Shown piece by piece: positions 36,091 through 44,695 of a stretch of DNA of 51,190 nt; the first letter of the stretch is position 1, and each line of letters begins with the position of its first letter. The stretch lies in assembly GCA_036770065.1 (NCBI GenBank), contig DAIPJX010000001.1:1-51190 (forward strand), in the 5' to 3' direction. The notes beneath the pieces were generated by a model, which was not told the origin of the DNA, made no database searches, and worked only from the letters and a program-made list of their open reading frames with translations. Source of the DNA: Planctomycetota bacterium (GTDB taxonomy: Bacteria; Planctomycetota; SZUA-567). The position numbers were made by a program, and so were the translations under genes.

Positions 36091-36161
36091 TGATGCCGCA
36101 GGCGTGTACACATATCGTGGCCGGATAAAGAAAGACGGTGCGTCCGACACGGACTCGCAAG
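36091..36161. repeat. Intergenic repeat element, copy A (~71 nt)
   Basis: TGATGCCGCAGGCGTGTACAC...AGACGGTGCGTCCGACACGGACTCGCAAG. The two conserved blocks are 17/21 and 25/29 identical to 40044..40109. Confidence 0.6.
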
Positions 36162-36200
36162 TTTTTTTTGGGGGGGCGCGAACAGCGCCCCCGTATTTTT
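36162..36200 (+). terminator. Intrinsic terminator after the small acidic-protein gene
   Basis: T8, GGGGGCGC-gaaca-GCGCCCCC, then GTATTTTTA. The U-tract overlaps the stop codon of the convergent acyl-CoA synthetase gene. Confidence 0.65.
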
Positions 36201-37899
36201 ACTCGTCAAAAGCCGCGCGGCGTTGCCGCATAGAGGCCAGTTCCGCGTCTTTTCCCCGTATTTCGGTTCGCCGGATTTTGCCGCTCGTCGTCTTGGGCAG
36301 TTCGGAAACAAATTCGACAACGCGCGGATATTTATACGGCGCGGTGACCTTTTTGACGTGCTCCTGCAATTCTCTGGCAAGCGCGTTCGACGGCGCGGCG
36401 TTTTTGGTGAGAACGACGGTCGCCTTCACCACTTGGCCCCGCACAGGGTCGGGGACAGCGGTAATGGCGCATTCCAGCACAGCGGAGTGGGTCAAAAGCG
36501 CGCTTTCGACCTCGAACGGTCCAATGCGGTAGCCGGAACACTTGATCACATCGTCGTTCCGGCCGACAAACCAGTAATACCCGTCCTCATCGCGCCATGC
36601 CGTGTCGCCGGTCGAATAAACGCCGTTCGTCCAGCATTTGTCCATCGCGTCCTTGTCGCGGTAATATTCACGGAACAATCCGGTCGGATGGCGTTTGTCT
36701 GTGTTCTTGACGACGATGGCGCCGACAATGCCGTCTTCGCACGATGCGCCGTTTTCGTCGACGATATCGAGATCGTAAAGGGGCGAGGGCTTGCCCATTG
36801 AACCGGGTTTAATCGGGAACCATTCGAAATTCGCAAGGAGCACACTCGATTCCGATTGCCCGAACCCTTCGCAAATGGGAAGTCCGGTCGCTTTCATGAA
36901 ACGGTCGAACACTTCGGGGTTGAGCGGTTCGCCCGCGGTTTCCGCGTGATGAATCGACGAAAAGTCATATTTGGTCAAATCTTCCTGAATAAGAAAGCGG
37001 TACACTGTGGGCGGCGCGCAAAAGGTGGTGAGGCGGAGTCGTTCCATGGTTCGAAGCAGGTGAACGGGGGTGAATTTCTCCGTGTCGTAGGCAACGAGAA
37101 CGGCGCCGCAGATCCACTGGCCGTAGATTTTTCCCCAGCCGAATTTTGCCCATCCCGAATCGGCCATGGTCAGATGCAGGCCGCCGTCCTCGACGTGCTG
37201 CCAATATTTCGCCGTGGTGATATGGCCGAGCGGATACTCGAAATCATGGAGAATCATTTTGGGCATTCCGGTCGTGCCGGAAGAGAAATAAATAAGCATG
37301 CCGTCGTGGTTGGTCGTCGCTTCCGCGCCGGTCGGCCGTTGCCAGTCGGGGGAAGCGTCGTCCAGATCCCGCCGGAGCGAACGCCAGCCGTCGGGAATCG
37401 CGTCCGCGAGAATGCTGATATGGCGCACGGTCGGGCAGTCGGGCCGGGCTTTTTCGACTTGGGTGACGAGTTCCTTGTCGTGGGCGATGCAGATCATGGA
37501 GACCGACGCGGCGTTGCAGCGGTAGGCGATGTCTTTGGCGGTCAACTGGTAGGTTGCGGGAATGACGATTGCGCCCAGTTTGTGCAGGCCGATCATGCAG
37601 AACCACACTTCGGGCCGTTGTTTGAGCATCAGGAGGACGGTTTCGCCTTTTTTGACGCCAAGCGATTTGAACATGGAGGCGGCCTTGTCGCTGTTGCGTT
37701 TGACGTCGCCGAAGGTGAAGCGTTTTTCGTTGTCCTCGTCGTCCGTCCAGACGAGCGCGGGTTTTTCGGGATTTTCTTTGGCCCATTCGTCGATGACGTC
37801 GTAGCCGAAATTGAAATTCTCCGGAATGGCGAGCGCGTAATTTTCCTTGAAATCCTCGTAGCCGGAAAATTCGGTTCGTTGCAAAAACCGTTCAAACAT
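36199..37899 (-). CDS. AMP-forming acyl-CoA synthetase (medium-chain/ACSM-like)
   Basis: YFSSGTTGMPK AMP-binding motif, ...YSTGDTAWRDEDGYYWFVGRNDDVIK..., ...PKTTSGKIRR. Confidence 0.9.
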   Translation of the reverse strand: MFERFLQRTEFSGYEDFKENYALAIPENFNFGYDVIDEWAKENPEKPALVWTDDEDNEKRFTFGDVKRNSDKAASMFKSLGVKKGETVLLMLKQRPEVWFCMIGLHKLGAIVIPATYQLTAKDIAYRCNAASVSMICIAHDKELVTQVEKARPDCPTVRHISILADAIPDGWRSLRRDLDDASPDWQRPTGAEATTNHDGMLIYFSSGTTGMPKMILHDFEYPLGHITTAKYWQHVEDGGLHLTMADSGWAKFGWGKIYGQWICGAVLVAYDTEKFTPVHLLRTMERLRLTTFCAPPTVYRFLIQEDLTKYDFSSIHHAETAGEPLNPEVFDRFMKATGLPICEGFGQSESSVLLANFEWFPIKPGSMGKPSPLYDLDIVDENGASCEDGIVGAIVVKNTDKRHPTGLFREYYRDKDAMDKCWTNGVYSTGDTAWRDEDGYYWFVGRNDDVIKCSGYRIGPFEVESALLTHSAVLECAITAVPDPVRGQVVKATVVLTKNAAPSNALARELQEHVKKVTAPYKYPRVVEFVSELPKTTSGKIRRTEIRGKDAELASMRQRRAAFDE

Positions 37900-37925
37900 A
37901 ATTCTATCCTTCGTGCGCGATGGCG

Positions 37926-38471
37926 CTATTCATTGATGACGGTAAGAAATTTCGCGGTCGGGGTGACGGCCCGCTGCCCGTGCGGAACGGCGGGGTTGAA
38001 ATAAATGCTGTCGCCGGCGTTCAGGATGAATTCCTTTTTGCCAATAACGACGGTGATGCCGCCTTCCAGGACGTAGTTGAATTCTTGCCCGTTGTGGGTG
38101 ACGAGTTCCGCCGTTTCGGCCCGGCTCAGGGTGACGATCATCGGGTTCATGTCGCGATGTTTGAAGTTGAAGGCAAGGGCGGAGAAAGAGTATCCCGCGT
38201 AGCGTTCGATTTTGATACCTTGTCCGTCTCGTACGAGGGAGTATTCGTCCATGCGCGGTCCGTCGCCGGTGAGGAGGACGGTGGGGTCGACGCCGAACTC
38301 CGAGGCGAGGGCGTAGAGAACGCCGATGGGGATATCATCGGACGCATTTTCGTAGGCGTTGTATCGGGCAACGGGAACGCCCACCCTGGCTGCCGCCTGG
38401 TCGGGTGTTATTTCGAGAATTTCCCGCAGTTCCCGGATTCGTTCTCCGATCAATTTTATTTGTTCGTTCAT
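37926..38471 (-). CDS. XRE-family HTH transcriptional regulator with C-terminal cupin domain
   Basis: IGERIRELREILEITPDQAAARVGVPVARYNAYENA (HTH), then ...HNGQEFNYVLEGGITVVIG...GDSIYFNPAVPH (cupin). Confidence 0.85.
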   Translation of the reverse strand: MNEQIKLIGERIRELREILEITPDQAAARVGVPVARYNAYENASDDIPIGVLYALASEFGVDPTVLLTGDGPRMDEYSLVRDGQGIKIERYAGYSFSALAFNFKHRDMNPMIVTLSRAETAELVTHNGQEFNYVLEGGITVVIGKKEFILNAGDSIYFNPAVPHGQRAVTPTAKFLTVINE

Positions 38472-38653
38472 GGGGTCCCTTTTTTGCGTGCCTGCATGAG
38501 GTGAATTGTTATACAAAATTTCGAAGTCGCTGTCCAGTCGGCACGGCGTTTGCCGTGTTGCGCGAAGATATTGTTGACCTTTTCGCGAATCCTTTTTAAA
38601 TAGGGTTCATTGTGCGCTATGCAAAACTCACCCCGTTCGATAAAGGAAAAGCC

Positions 38654-39532
38654 ATGAAATTCGTTACCTACCTGGACCGCAATAACGAGGAATTGCCCGG
38701 AGTCGTTTCCGCAACCGGCGATACGGTGCATTCGTTGAAGAGTCTGGGGCATGATTGCGCGGACCTGGTTGATTTCATTGCCGGGTATGACGGGACGAAA
38801 GCGGCCGACATTCAGGCGAAGATCGCCCGCGCGGGCGGCGAGCCGTTGTCCGCGGTTCGGTTGCAGGCTCCGATTCCGCATCCGCGCCACGACATTCTTT
38901 GCGTCGGTCAGAATTATGTCGCGCACGCGATTGAGTCGGCGAAGTATGCGGGTCGGGAATGGGTTCGGCCCGACTATCCGATTATTTTCACCAAGCGCGT
39001 TGATCGCGCGGTTGGTCCGGACGGGGAGATTCCGTCGCATTCGGACATCACCGCGCAGCTTGATTACGAGGTCGAGTTGGCGTTGATTATTGGCCGTCGT
39101 TGTTCGAAGGCGAGACCTGAGGATGCGTTTTCGCATATTTTCGGGTATTCGGTCGCGAACGATATTTCCGCCCGTGACATTCAGCATCGGCACAATCAAT
39201 GGATTTTGGGCAAGGGCATGGATGGTGCGGCGCCGTTTGGTCCGTGGATTGTGACGGCGGACGAGTTTGCGGCGCCGCCGCATTTGGCGATCAGGTGTCG
39301 GGTCAATGGCGAGTTGCGCCAGGACTCGAATACGAACGATTTCATTTTCGACATACCCCGGTTGTTGTCGGAGATTTCCGCCGGGATGACGCTTGAGCCG
39401 GGGGATATATTGATTACGGGAACGCCGGCCGGTGTCGGGATGGGTTTCCAGCCGCCGAAGTTTTTGCGTTCGGGCGATGTGGTCGAGTGCGAGATTGAAA
39501 AGATTGGCGTGTTGCGGAACACGATTCGGTGA
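38654..39532 (+). CDS. Fumarylacetoacetate hydrolase (FAH) family protein
   Basis: ...ILCVGQNYVAHA..., DYEVELALIIG, ...GDILITGTPAGVG. Confidence 0.85.
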   Translation: MKFVTYLDRNNEELPGVVSATGDTVHSLKSLGHDCADLVDFIAGYDGTKAADIQAKIARAGGEPLSAVRLQAPIPHPRHDILCVGQNYVAHAIESAKYAGREWVRPDYPIIFTKRVDRAVGPDGEIPSHSDITAQLDYEVELALIIGRRCSKARPEDAFSHIFGYSVANDISARDIQHRHNQWILGKGMDGAAPFGPWIVTADEFAAPPHLAIRCRVNGELRQDSNTNDFIFDIPRLLSEISAGMTLEPGDILITGTPAGVGMGFQPPKFLRSGDVVECEIEKIGVLRNTIR

Positions 39533-39551
39533 TGCAAGGGAAGGAACGGGT

Positions 39552-40046
39552 ATGCAGGCTTCCATTATTTATCATTCGGTTTCGGGAACGACTTGCCGTT
39601 GTGCCGATTTTATCCTTGCCGGGATGGCGAAGGTTCCGGGTGTCCGCGGCAGGTGCATGTCTCTTGACGAGGTTGACGGCGAGTATGTGCGCGAGTCTTC
39701 GTTATTGATTCTTGGCAGTCCGGTGTATTTCGCGAGTACGTCGGCGGTTGTGAAGGGATGGCTTGAGCAGGCGCCGCAGTATGGGTTGGTTGGCAAGATT
39801 GGCGGCGCTTTTGCGACGGCGAATTACATTCATGGCGGCGGCGAGATTGCGATTCAGTCGATATTGGAACATTTTTTGGTGATGGGCATGTTGGCGTATT
39901 CGGGTGGCGGAGGTTTGGGCAAGCCGGTGATTCATTTTGGTCCGGTTGCGATCAAGGAATCCGTTGATTCGTTTCGCGAGTTATTTGAAATATACGGTCA
40001 GCGAATGGCGTCCAGGGCGCTGGAGTTGTTTCCGGCCGGTCAATGA
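39552..40046 (+). CDS. Flavodoxin-like fold protein
   Basis: MQASIIYHSVSGTTCRCADFI...LLILGSPVYFASTSAVVKGWLE. Confidence 0.7.
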   Translation: MQASIIYHSVSGTTCRCADFILAGMAKVPGVRGRCMSLDEVDGEYVRESSLLILGSPVYFASTSAVVKGWLEQAPQYGLVGKIGGAFATANYIHGGGEIAIQSILEHFLVMGMLAYSGGGGLGKPVIHFGPVAIKESVDSFRELFEIYGQRMASRALELFPAGQ

Positions 40047-40109
40047 CGCCGTAGGCGTATACGCGCCCGTATTCGACACAAGACGGCGTGTCCGACCCGG
40101 ACTCGCAGG
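40044..40109. repeat. Intergenic repeat element, copy B (~66 nt)
   Basis: TGACGCCGTAGGCGTATACGC...AGACGGCGTGTCCGACCCGGACTCGCAGG. It starts at the flavodoxin stop codon. Confidence 0.6.
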
Positions 40110-40198
40110 GAGGGGAGCGCGCGCGGCCAGGAAGAACGATCGCGGGAAGACGGGATGACGCCCTGGTTTCAGCGCCCGATGGAACCGGCAATTACAAC

Positions 40199-40711
40199 TT
40201 ATTGATTGTCGGTTTCAATGAGTTCCTCGACGTATGGCCGCAACGTTCTCGCCGTTTCCTCCAGCGCCTGGGGGATAATGCGGATGTCGGCGAAAACAGG
40301 CATGAAGTTGACGTCGCCGCTCCAGCGCGGAACAATGTGTATGTGCAAATGATCAACCACGCCCGCGCCCGCATCGCGGCCCTGATTGATGCCGACATTG
40401 AAACCGCCCGGATTGACCGCCTTCGCCAGCGCCCGTTTGGCAAGAACGGTTAGACGCCATAACTCCGCGCCCTCCCCGGCGGTCGCCTCCTCCATCGCGC
40501 CGAAATGACGCGCCGGCGCAATCAACAAATGCGCGTTCGAATACGGATAGCGATTGAGCATGATAAAACAGCCCCTGCCCCGCCCAAGCACAAGATGCTC
40601 ATCCTCGCGACCGCGTTCGGTCCAGGCATTGCAAAAAAAGCACCCTTCCCGCTTTTCCGTATCAACATCCCCAATATAACTCATGCGCCACGGCGCCCAC
40701 AATCGTTGCAT
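40199..40711 (-). CDS. HIT family protein (Ap4A phosphorylase / ATP adenylyltransferase-like subgroup)
   Basis: LWAPWRMSYI N-terminus and histidine triad HLHIHIVPRW. Confidence 0.85.
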   Translation of the reverse strand: MQRLWAPWRMSYIGDVDTEKREGCFFCNAWTERGREDEHLVLGRGRGCFIMLNRYPYSNAHLLIAPARHFGAMEEATAGEGAELWRLTVLAKRALAKAVNPGGFNVGINQGRDAGAGVVDHLHIHIVPRWSGDVNFMPVFADIRIIPQALEETARTLRPYVEELIETDNQ

Positions 40712-40781
40712 ACCATCTCCTTTTTGACGATACTATACCGGATGCGTCCGGAAGGCGCAAGAACGACGAAAGGAAACGTGC

Positions 40782-41546
40782 GTGACCGAACCGCTGTCCA
40801 CAGACGAACAAACACGATACCACAGGCAACTTCTGCTTCCGCAAATCGGCACGGCGGGACAGGAAAAACTCCGGCGGGCGAAAGCGCTCATCGTCGGCGC
40901 GGGAGGACTCGGCTCGCCCGCGGCGCTCTATCTCGCCGCCGCCGGCGTCGGAACAATCGGACTGGTCGACTCGGACACCGTCGACCTGAGCAACCTCCAG
41001 CGGCAAATCCTCCATACCACCGCCGCAATCAACCGGCGGAAAACCGCATCAGCCCTCGAACGGCTCTCGGAACTGAACCCTGAAATCACCGTCCGGCCAA
41101 TCGACGTTCGCTTCGGCGAAAACAACGCAGAGGACATTCTCTCCGAATACGATATCGCCCTCGGATGCGTCGACAACTTCATCGCCCGCTATGCGCTCAA
41201 CGCCGCCTGCAAGAAACAGGGAAAAGCCAATATATACGGCTCCGCCGCCCGCTTCGAAGGACAAGCCGGCGTGTTCTGCCTGCCGGGCGCTCCGTGCTAT
41301 CAATGCTTTTTCCGCGACCCGCCGCCGGCCGACTGGAAACCGGGGAAAGACGACATGGCCGTCTTCGGCGCCATGCCCGGAATCATCGGCTGCATTCAGG
41401 CGACGGAAGCGGTGAAGCATATACTCTCCATCGGAATCGGCTTGAGCGGACGCCTGCTGCTCATGGACGGACTCTCCATGAAATTTCGCGAAATCGCCAT
41501 CCGCCCGGACGCGGAATGCCCCGTCTGCAACAGAAAGAATACATGA
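40782..41546 (+). CDS. ThiF/MoeB/HesA family adenylyltransferase (E1-like)
   Basis: RYHRQLLLPQIG...LIVGAGGLGSPAALYLAAAGVGTIGLVDSDTVDLSNLQRQ, plus CYQC...CPVC zinc motifs. GTG start. Confidence 0.85.
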   Translation: MTEPLSTDEQTRYHRQLLLPQIGTAGQEKLRRAKALIVGAGGLGSPAALYLAAAGVGTIGLVDSDTVDLSNLQRQILHTTAAINRRKTASALERLSELNPEITVRPIDVRFGENNAEDILSEYDIALGCVDNFIARYALNAACKKQGKANIYGSAARFEGQAGVFCLPGAPCYQCFFRDPPPADWKPGKDDMAVFGAMPGIIGCIQATEAVKHILSIGIGLSGRLLLMDGLSMKFREIAIRPDAECPVCNRKNT

Positions 41547-42364
41547 ACGAAAACGACGAACAACAACTGGAAGCGCTACGCGCGATACTGCGCACACACA
41601 AAAAACTTGCCATCGCTTTTTCCGGCGGCGTCGACAGCACGTTTCTTCTGCACGTCGCGGTGGAAACGCTGGGCGCGGGCAATGTGCTCGCCATAACGGC
41701 GGAAGCGGAAAATTTCCCCGAATGGGAAGCAAAGGAAGCGGCTGAATTCATCCGTTCCATCAAGGCGAAGCGCATACTGTTGTCGTTCGACCCGCTTTCC
41801 GTTCCAGAGTTCGCCGCAAACATTCCCGAACGCTGCTATTTTTGCAAGCGGGCGATTTTCGAAGCCGCGATCGAAACGGCGAAACGAGAGGGATACCCCG
41901 TTCTCGCCGACGGTACCAACGCCGACGACACCGGAGACTATCGGCCAGGCCTGCGCGCTGTTCGCGAACTCGCCGTAGCGTCGCCGCTGTTTGAGGCAGG
42001 CCTGGACAAAGCGGCCATACGACGCTTGGCGCATTCCATGGGACTGGCGATATGGGACAAGCCGTCCTTCGCCTGTCTTGCTTCGCGTTTCATCCATGGA
42101 GAACCGATTACCAGTGAAAAACTGCGTCGGGTCGAACAGGCGGAAGCGTGGTTTCTGGAGCGGGGCATTCGCAATATTCGTGTTCGTTCTCACGGCGATG
42201 TGGCGCGGATTGAAGTCGATCCGGGCGAAAGAAAAGCGTTTTACAACGATGCATTCATGGATGAAGCGGACAGAACTTTGCGCGGTATGGGATTTAGCCA
42301 TGTAGCTCTGGACATGGCGGGCTACCGTACCGGGAGCATGAACAACATTTGTACCACCAAGTGA
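41543..42364 (+). CDS. larE: LarE-type PP-loop ATP-dependent sulfur transferase
   Basis: AFSGGVDSTFLL PP-loop, RCYFCK, DYRPGLRA, SFACLASRF...RVRSHGDVARIEV. The ATG overlaps the thiF/moeB stop (ATGA). Confidence 0.85.
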   Translation: MNENDEQQLEALRAILRTHKKLAIAFSGGVDSTFLLHVAVETLGAGNVLAITAEAENFPEWEAKEAAEFIRSIKAKRILLSFDPLSVPEFAANIPERCYFCKRAIFEAAIETAKREGYPVLADGTNADDTGDYRPGLRAVRELAVASPLFEAGLDKAAIRRLAHSMGLAIWDKPSFACLASRFIHGEPITSEKLRRVEQAEAWFLERGIRNIRVRSHGDVARIEVDPGERKAFYNDAFMDEADRTLRGMGFSHVALDMAGYRTGSMNNICTTK

Positions 42365-42370
42365 AGAAAA

Positions 42371-44683
42371 CTATGGAACCTTCAGGCTCGATGCGGCGAC
42401 AACACGGTTGCGACCGTCATGCTTCGCCTTGTACAACGCATTATCGGCACGATCAATAAGCCGTTCCAAATCCTCGCGCTTGTCATACTCGGCAATACCG
42501 ATCGAACAGGTAAGCGACAACGATATCCCGCCCAAATCAAACTCCGACTCCTCAATTCGCGCACGCAAACGCTCCGCCCCGGTCATCGCGCTGCGCTCAT
42601 CGCTATACGGCATGATAACGACAAACTCCTCCCCACCGTAACGGGCGGGAATATCGACATCGACACGCATCGTTTTTTTCAACAAATCAGCCAACGCGCA
42701 CAGCGCCTTGTCTCCAATCGTATGACCGTACATGTCATTGACGCGCTTGAAATGATCGACATCCACAATCGCAATGGAAAGACGGTGGCTATGGCGACAC
42801 GAATGAATCATCGCCGTACTCAACTGACCAATCAAATGACGGCGATTGAACAACCCGGTCAACGGATCGACAATGGTCAAATCATTCAACTGCCTGAGCA
42901 AACGAACATTATACAGGCTCGACGACAACAAATCGAAAAACAACGTGCTGATTTCCGCATCCCTGGATTCGAACTTGTCCTCGCCGCCCCGACCGCCGAT
43001 GATAAGGCCGCCCAACATGTTCGCCTCGCCGTCCGACGATGCCGAAACACACAACGGCATCACCAGCGCCGTCGTTCCCAAATACGGCGACCACTCCTCC
43101 GGTATGCGAACCGCAAGTTGCGCGTCATTGTCGGCGACGAAAATCCCCCGGGCCTCGTGCTCCTCGACAACGAACGGCTCCTGCTGGGAAAAAAACAACG
43201 TAACAAGAAAATGATCCGCATCACGATCGCGATGGAGAACGGACGGACAAGGAACAGACGCCTCCTCCGTGCCCCGGAACAAACGCAGTTCGCGCGAAGG
43301 CGCGTCATACAAATACAACGCCGCAAACGAACAATTGAAATATCCCGGAATTTCCGTCGTCGCGAGAAGCGCGATTTCATCGATATCCGAAACGCTCAAC
43401 CTGTGCGCCAAATGAGCGGCGCGGGAAAAGTACGCGACGTTTTCCTGAATTTCATGCAACTCCCACACGTGGAATTTATTGTCGCTTCGAGCCTGTTTAT
43501 AAAGTTGTTGCAAACGAACCGCATGGGCCACCACATCGGCGCTGGGAAGCGCGGCAAGCGCCGCGTCCTCATATATCTTGACGTCGGGGAGGACATCGGC
43601 GTTGTCCCGGGGACATGCTTCAATGGCGCCGTCGCACTTCCCGCCCAAATACGGGAAAAAATCGTCGCCAGACCTGTCCGCCCGATTCTTGCGGACAAAA
43701 CTTCGGAATCCGTTCGGATGGCCGGAATGCCACCGCCAAGCGGTCGTCATAATGTTCTCAAGCGACGAACGCTCCGCCGTCCACCCAAGCTCCCGGTTGG
43801 CGCGTTCGCACGACGCCACCAACATCGCCGGGTCGCCCGCCCTGCGCGGCAACACAACCGCCGGAATCGAATGCCCCGTCACCGACCGCGCCGCCTCAAC
43901 CACCTGCCTGACCGAATACCCCGAACCCGTCCCAAGATTGAACGCGCCGGAAGGCTGGCCCCGCGACAAATATTCCAGCGCCTTCACATGGGCGGACGCA
44001 ATGTCCTCGACATGAACGTAATCGCGGACGCACGTCCCGTCCGGCGTATCGTAGTCGTCGCCGAAAATAGAAATCTTTTCCGACCGCCCCTGCGCCACCC
44101 GTAAAACAAGCGGAATCAAATGACTCTCCGGCTCGTGATCCTCGCCGATCGATCCCGTATAATGCGCACCGCACGCATTGAAATAACGAAGCGCGGCATA
44201 GGAAATCTTCCCGCGCGCAGCCAACCACGACAACGCCTCCTCCACCATAAGCTTGGTATGCCCATAAACATTTACGGGACAGGTCGGCGCATCCTCCGGA
44301 ATGGGAATAACGTCAGGCTGGCCATACACGGCGGCGGTGGAACTGAATACATAATACCCTATGCCGCACTCCGTCACGGTCTTGAGGAGCGACAAAACGG
44401 CCATGGTGTTGTTGGTGTAATACTTCACGGGATCGTTCATGCTCTCGCCCACCTCAATATAGGCGGCGAAATTCATGACAGCTTCAATGGAAAACTGCCG
44501 GCATACGCGCTCAACAAGCTCGTTATCGAGAATATTGCCGTGAATCAACTCCACATCCCGCACCGCTTCGGCGTGCCCGTTTTCGAGCGAATCGAGAACG
44601 ACAGGAACATGCCCCGCTTCCTGAAGCGCTCGCACGGTATGAGAACCAATATACCCCGCGCCCCCCGGGACGAGTATATTCAT
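42371..44683 (-). CDS. Fusion protein: UDP-glucose 4-epimerase (GalE) - GAF - GGDEF diguanylate cyclase
   Basis: aa 1-335 are GalE-like (GGAGYIGSH, SSTAAVYG, YGHTK). aa ~395-590 are GAF-like. aa ~600-765 are GGDEF (DPLTGLFNRR..., RYGGEEF, ...ADNALYKAKHDGRNR). It is a single uninterrupted 770-aa ORF. Confidence 0.85.
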   Translation of the reverse strand: MNILVPGGAGYIGSHTVRALQEAGHVPVVLDSLENGHAEAVRDVELIHGNILDNELVERVCRQFSIEAVMNFAAYIEVGESMNDPVKYYTNNTMAVLSLLKTVTECGIGYYVFSSTAAVYGQPDVIPIPEDAPTCPVNVYGHTKLMVEEALSWLAARGKISYAALRYFNACGAHYTGSIGEDHEPESHLIPLVLRVAQGRSEKISIFGDDYDTPDGTCVRDYVHVEDIASAHVKALEYLSRGQPSGAFNLGTGSGYSVRQVVEAARSVTGHSIPAVVLPRRAGDPAMLVASCERANRELGWTAERSSLENIMTTAWRWHSGHPNGFRSFVRKNRADRSGDDFFPYLGGKCDGAIEACPRDNADVLPDVKIYEDAALAALPSADVVAHAVRLQQLYKQARSDNKFHVWELHEIQENVAYFSRAAHLAHRLSVSDIDEIALLATTEIPGYFNCSFAALYLYDAPSRELRLFRGTEEASVPCPSVLHRDRDADHFLVTLFFSQQEPFVVEEHEARGIFVADNDAQLAVRIPEEWSPYLGTTALVMPLCVSASSDGEANMLGGLIIGGRGGEDKFESRDAEISTLFFDLLSSSLYNVRLLRQLNDLTIVDPLTGLFNRRHLIGQLSTAMIHSCRHSHRLSIAIVDVDHFKRVNDMYGHTIGDKALCALADLLKKTMRVDVDIPARYGGEEFVVIMPYSDERSAMTGAERLRARIEESEFDLGGISLSLTCSIGIAEYDKREDLERLIDRADNALYKAKHDGRNRVVAASSLKVP

Positions 44684-44695
44684 GTCATCTCCCCG

